Shown piece by piece: positions 57,800 through 64,000 of a stretch of DNA of 64,000 nucleotides. Position numbers and translations under genes: made by a program. The DNA is from the human T2T-CHM13v2.0 reference genome, Homo sapiens. The notes beneath the pieces were generated by a model. The model did no database searches and was not told the DNA's origin. It saw only the letters and a program-made list of their open reading frames with translations. Positions within the stretch are counted from its first letter, which is position 1; every line of letters begins with the position of its first letter. The stretch lies in assembly GCF_009914755.1 (NCBI RefSeq), contig NC_060939.1, one strand, 5' to 3'.

Positions 57800-58210
57800 A
57801 CCTCTGATGAGAAACTACAGTTCTCAGGCTTCCTTGCCAACTGGCTCCTGGTTATGTTCAGCCAATGGGAGGAAATCAATGGTGGATGGAGTGGAGAAGT
57901 CTGAGTATTTCTCATTCATCCCTTCCAACTCTGCCCCTGGGCCTTAGATGGTATCTCCATCAGGGACTGTGTTTCCTCAGTGGTTTCAGATCTTCCAGAA
58001 ACCATCATTCCACAGTCTCAGGCAGCCTCACCATGGTTTCACTTACTTCCAGGTGACCCCAGCTTCAGGTCCCTGGTAACACCACTCTCTCTCTCTCTTT
58101 GTCTCTCCAGACCTAGGGATAGGAGTTTCAGGCTCATCATCTGTTTTTTGCTTTTCGTTGTTATCATTTAACACCTTTATATTAGTTCCCATTATTAAAT
58201 GTTGCATGGA
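57800..58210 (+). mobile_element. ERVL-class LTR fragment (LTR33/LTR41-like)
   Basis: ccttgccaactggctcctggttatgttcagccaatgggagg..ccccattattaaa-like block. Confidence 0.55.
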
Positions 58211-58479
58211 CCTCTGGCAAGTTTTAATAGGAGAATCACATGCAGATTCTTAGGGTTTTATACCTCTCCTCTGTTGATAACTATTCTTATTCAGAGATAC
58301 AGTCCCAGGCAGAGACAAGATGTTTGTCCCTTTAAAATGAGATGACTGAAATGACTATAAGGCTTGACCAGTCAATTGCAAACTGGATATTATCTAATTT
58401 ACAAAGCTATGGGTTTGCCTATATGTTAACAATGCTGTATCATTAAGTGGAAATGGTAAATGTGAGATTAGGTTCTAAA

Positions 58480-59990
58480 AGTTTCAAAAGACACAAGTGA
58501 GGTGTATGAGTGACTCAGATCTCCACGGCTTCTACTTTTGTAGCTTTGCCATCTGTCCTTCAAGCCAATCCTATGCCTAATGGAGAGTTTACTGTGGCTA
58601 GCTGATGGAGGAAGAATGGACTTGGATCCGAGGAATCGACTGGTGTGTGTGATAGGCTGGCAACAGTAGGAAGTGGATTGCTTCTGTCTTACAGCTCCAT
58701 TCAGGGGTGATAAGGGGACTTCTGCAAGTGGGTAGAACTTCTGGCAATATATCCGGTTACCTCCTTCATAAGAAAGGAGATATGGCCATAAGTATGTATG
58801 TACACTGATACATGGTAGTGGCTGGTCAGTCAGGGTCTGTGAATGAATCATACTGAAATATTGGTGACAAGAAAGCCTGGAGAAGACAAATATGGATGGA
58901 CTTCATGGAGAGGGCACAGAGTGTGAATATCATTTCTTCATGAATATGGGCACCATAGGGCACCCACTAAAGTGGAGACCCTCAATAATCAGGAGAACAA
59001 TATAGCCTATTCTGTGGACAGCAGCCAGCCTCTTCCCAAACGAACTCAAAGCCTGCATAATGGTCTCATGTACAAAGGGACCATACCAGTAGTGATAAAG
59101 GCCATTTATAACATCAACTAAGTGGACTTCCCCTCAATAAGGCTCATCTGGCTACTGGCCCTCTTGCGTGTCTAAGCTGCCAGTCATAGGATTTGTGCTG
59201 TGCAATATAATAGCAGGTTGATTTCATTGAACTCCTTCCATATGAAGGAGCAGAGATGTATCCTTCCTGAAATAAGCTCTTATTCTGAAAATTAATTTGT
59301 CTTCCCTGCTCCCAGAGTTTATGTCAAATGCCATATTCACCATCATTGTATCCCATTTAATCTTGCTCCTGGTTGCAGAATTCATTTTATAGTGGGATCA
59401 GTTGACATGAGACTCAGCATTAATTTCAGTGTCTTGCTACATGACACTGCTGTCCTACGGGATAAAGCACATGCTTAGAACGTCAATAGAGATAAGTTGT
59501 TCTTTTTTCTTTTTAGCCAGAGATCATGGGTCTGGGAATACAGGGTGGAAATGGAAGTGATTATCACTATCAAGTTTAACAACCACTTCCAAAATTTTTT
59601 TCATCCTGCATGAGCAACTGCTATTTAGGGTTCTTCATTCTCCAAAGAGGAATGCTTCTACCAGGGGACATAATAATGGTGTTCTATCAAACTGGAAGCT
59701 GAGAATGTCACCTGGATATTTTTTAGTTCCTTGTGCTCTGCAGTAAGCAGAGAAGAGGTTCCAGAACTTACCCAGGAAATCCTGGATTACTGCTATGTGA
59801 TGTTGGCAAGGAGGACTATGTTTGGGACCCAGGAAATTCATGGAGGTGTTTCTTAATACTACTATATTCAGTTGTAAAATTAATAGAAGTCTAGAGCAAC
59901 CTTATAAAGGGAAGACCACTAAGAACTCAGGTCAATTAGAAATGAATCTTTGGGCTACTCCACCAGAAAAGAACTTTAACCATATTCTGC
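58480..59990 (+). mobile_element. Degenerate ERVL internal region (RNase H, integrase, dUTPase)
   Basis: Frameshifted remnants: attggtgacaagaaagcctgg (IGDK..W), gcaggttgatttcattgaactccttcca (QVD.I..LP, integrase), ggaatgcttctaccaggggacata..aactggaagctgaga (GML.PGD..NWKLR, ERVL dUTPase). Confidence 0.8.
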
Positions 59991-61933
59991 ATGTGTCATA
60001 TGTACACGTAAACACATACATATATGCACGAATACCAATTATTTCTTTTTCTGTGTTTCTCCTTGTACTATTTTTTTTTTATAAGAAAAGGTGGAGTTGC
60101 TTCACTTTACGATTTATTGTCTAGGTTACAGAATGTCAGATGACCGAAGTAAAAGAGGAAGTAACATTGCCCAGAGATGGAGATTTGTGGCTTCTCTTTT
60201 TGGAAAGATGGCGATTTTGACTTTGATTTAGATTCCACATATAAATGAGACCATGCAGTATTTGTCTATGTCTGGCCGATTTCACTTAGCATAGTGTCCT
60301 CTAGCTTCATCCATCTTGTTGCAAATGACAGGATTTGCATCTTTTTTTAAGGCTGAATACTATTCTGTTGTGGATATATACCACACTTCCTTATCTATTC
60401 GTCTGTTGATGGACACTTAGATTGTTTCCATGTCTTGGCTATTGTGAATAATGCTCCAATGAACAAGAGAGTGCAGATATCTCTTGGAGATACTGATTTC
60501 ATTTCTTTGTATATAATCCCAGAAGTGGATGGCTGGATCATATGTTAGTTCTATTTTTAACTTTTTAAGGAACGTCTATACTGTTTTCCATAAATTGCTG
60601 TACCAATTTACATATCACCAACAGTGTACAAGTGTTCCCTTTTGCCACATGCTTGCTAACACTTGTTATCTTTTTTCTTTTGATAATAAACATTCTAACA
60701 GGTGTGATGATACTTTTACTGTAGTTTTGGTTACATTTCCATGGTGATTCATAATGTTGAGAATTTTTTCCATATACCTGTTAGACATTTTTATATCTCC
60801 TTATGAGAAAAGGCTACTTAAGTTTTTTTTTTTTTTGCCCAATTTTAAAATTAGGGAATTTTTTTTCTTGCTATTGAGTTGTTTGAATCCCTTATATATT
60901 TTAGATATTAACCCCTTATCAGATGTATGGCTTGCAGATGTTTTCTCCCATTCTTTAGTGAAGATTGTTGAGTATTTCCTTTGCTGTGCAGGTTTTTCAT
61001 TTGCTGCAATCCCATTTATCTATTTTTGTTTTTGTTGTTTGTGCTTTGGGGTCATATAAAAAATCATCGTCAAAATTAATATCAAGAAGGTTTTCCCCTG
61101 TTTTCTTCTAGCAGTTTTACAATTTCAGGTCTTAAAGTTAAGTGTGTAATTCATTTTGAGTTGATTTGTGTATATGGACTGAGATAAGGACGCAATGTTA
61201 TTCTTCTACAAGTGGATATACACATTTCTTAACACCAATTATTAATGAGACTGTCCTTTCCTCATTGTGTATTATTGGCAACTTCGTTGAAGAGGAATTG
61301 ATTGTAAATTTATTTCTGGGCTCTCTATAATGTTTCATTGGTCTATGTATTTGTTTTTGTGCCAGTACCATACCATTTTGGTTACTATAGCTTGGTAGTA
61401 TATTTTGAAATGAGGTAGCTTGAGGCCTCCAGCTGTGTTCTTTCTACTTAAGATTGCTTTGGCTATTTGAATCTTTTGTGGTTCCAGAAGAATTTTAGGA
61501 TAGTTTTTTCTATTTCTGTGAAAAATGTTATTGGAATTTTGATAGGGATTACATTGGATTTGTAGATCAGTTTGAGTAGTATGGAGATTTTAACAATATT
61601 AATTCTTCCCATCCATATACGTAGGATATCTTCTCATTTATTTTTGTCTTTTTCAACCTCTTTTATCAATGTCAAATATTTTTCAATGCACAGATCTTTC
61701 CCTCTTCGGTTAAGTTTAATCATAAGTATTTCTTGATACTATTGTAAATGAAATTGTTTTCTTGATTTCTTTGTTGTTTAGTTGTTAGTGTTTAAAAATG
61801 CAACTGATTTTTTATGTTAATTTTGTATATTGCCAGTTTACTGAGTTTGTTTATTCTAACAGATTTTTTTGGCAGAGTCTTTAGGATTTCCTATATATAA
61901 GATTATTTTATATGCAAACAAAGATAATTTTAG

Positions 61934-62265
<332 letters not shown>

Positions 62266-63022
62266 CCTTTTGTTCCTTTTTATTGGCTAATTGCTCTGTC
62301 TAGGACTTCCAGTACTATATCAAATGTAAGTGATAAGAACGGGCATCTTTGTCTTATTCCAGATCTTAGAGAAAAAGCTTTCAACTTTTTACCGTTGAAT
62401 ATGATATAAGCTCTGGGTTGGTCATATATGCCCTTTTTTTATGTTGAGGTATATTTCTTCCATAATTAATTTGTTGAGAATTTTTAACACAAAAGGATGT
62501 TGAAGTTTTTCAAGTGCTTTTTCTGCATCTCTTGAGATGATCATATGATTTTTCTTTCATTTTGTTAATGTGATATAAGATGATCATATGGCTTTTATCT
62601 TTCAGTTCATGTGTTATGTCATATTTATTGATTTATATATGTTGAAACATCCTTGCATCCCAGGAATAAATCCCACTTGATCATGGTGAATGATTCTTTT
62701 AATGTGTTATTGAATTCAATTTTTGAGTATTTTGTTTAAGATTGTTGGCATCTACATTCATCAGAGGAACTGGTCTATAATTTTCTTTGCTTGTAGTGTC
62801 CTTATCTGGCTTTGCTATCAGTGTAATAATGCTGGCCTTGTAAAATGAGTTTGGAAATAATCTCTCCTCTTCAGTTTTGTGGAAGAGTTTGAGAAGAATT
62901 GCTGTTAATTCTTTACATTTTTGGTGGAATCCTCCAGTGAAGCCATCAGGTCCTGGACTTTTCTTTGTTGAGAGGTTTTGGATTATTAATTCAATGTCCT
63001 TACTCATTATTGGTCTGTTCAG

Positions 63023-63328
<306 letters not shown>

Positions 63329-64000
63329 TCTATTTCTTGTTAATTGAGTCTTTGTAGGTTGTATGTTCCTAGGAATTTATACATTTCATCTAGGTCATCC
63401 AACTTATTGGTATATAATTATTCACAGTAGTCTCTTATGATCTTTTGTATTTTTGTGGTATCAATTGGAATGTCTCTTTTTTCATTTCTGTTACCTAGTT
63501 GAGTCTTCTTTCTGTTTTTTTTAAAATTTTTTTTAGTCTAGCTAAAGATTTGTCAGTTTCGCTTATCTTTTCAAGAAACCAGCTCTTACTTTTATTGCTG
63601 CTTTCTGTTGTTTTTAAAAATCTCTACTTTATTTTTGCTCTGATCTTTATTATTTCCTTCCTTCTGCTGACTTTGGGCTTAGTTTATTCATCTGTTGTTA
63701 GTTCCTGATGCATAAAGTTAGGTTGTTTATTTGAGATTTTTTTTCTTAATGTAGGTGTTTATTGCTATAATGTTTCCTCTTAGAATTGCTTTTGCTGTGT
63801 CCCATAAATTTTGGTATGTTGTTTCCATTTTCATTTGTCTTAAGATTTTTTCTGATTTTCTTTTCGATTTCTTCTTTGACCCATTGGTTCTTCAGGAATG
63901 TGTGTTTAATTTTCACATATTTGCAAATTTTCCAATTTTTTTCTTGTTACTAATTTCGATTTTCATCAGAAAAGGCACTTGACATGATTTTAATCGTCTT

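Overview
Primate genomic DNA, most likely human or another hominoid: it carries AluJ/S/Y-type SINEs and an L1PA2/3-like 3' end. It looks like intergenic or deep-intronic sequence. I can support no protein-coding gene, rRNA, tRNA or CRISPR array, and the listed ORFs are repeat-derived or low-complexity noise. Much of the window, and most of the right half, is fossil transposable elements: Alu, L1PA/L1MA/L1MC/HAL1-like, MIR, L2, MaLR and ERV LTRs, an ERVL pol/dUTPase remnant, and hAT/Tigger DNA transposons. Subfamily names come from recalled consensus features and need RepeatMasker/Dfam confirmation. I found no evidence for a new multi-gene biological system. The most interesting signals are structural. 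They include a ~420-bp local non-tandem duplication dropped into a MIR, a perfect 64-bp tandem duplication, a TSD-flanked tailless U2 snRNA 5' retrocopy, a twin-primed inverted L1, an L1 with an internal inversion and templated patch, and nested insertions with target-site deletions. There is also an octamer (OCT/SOX-like) motif in an LTR9-like solo LTR, and a few repeat-free stretches that look like enhancers. I could not identify the locus.
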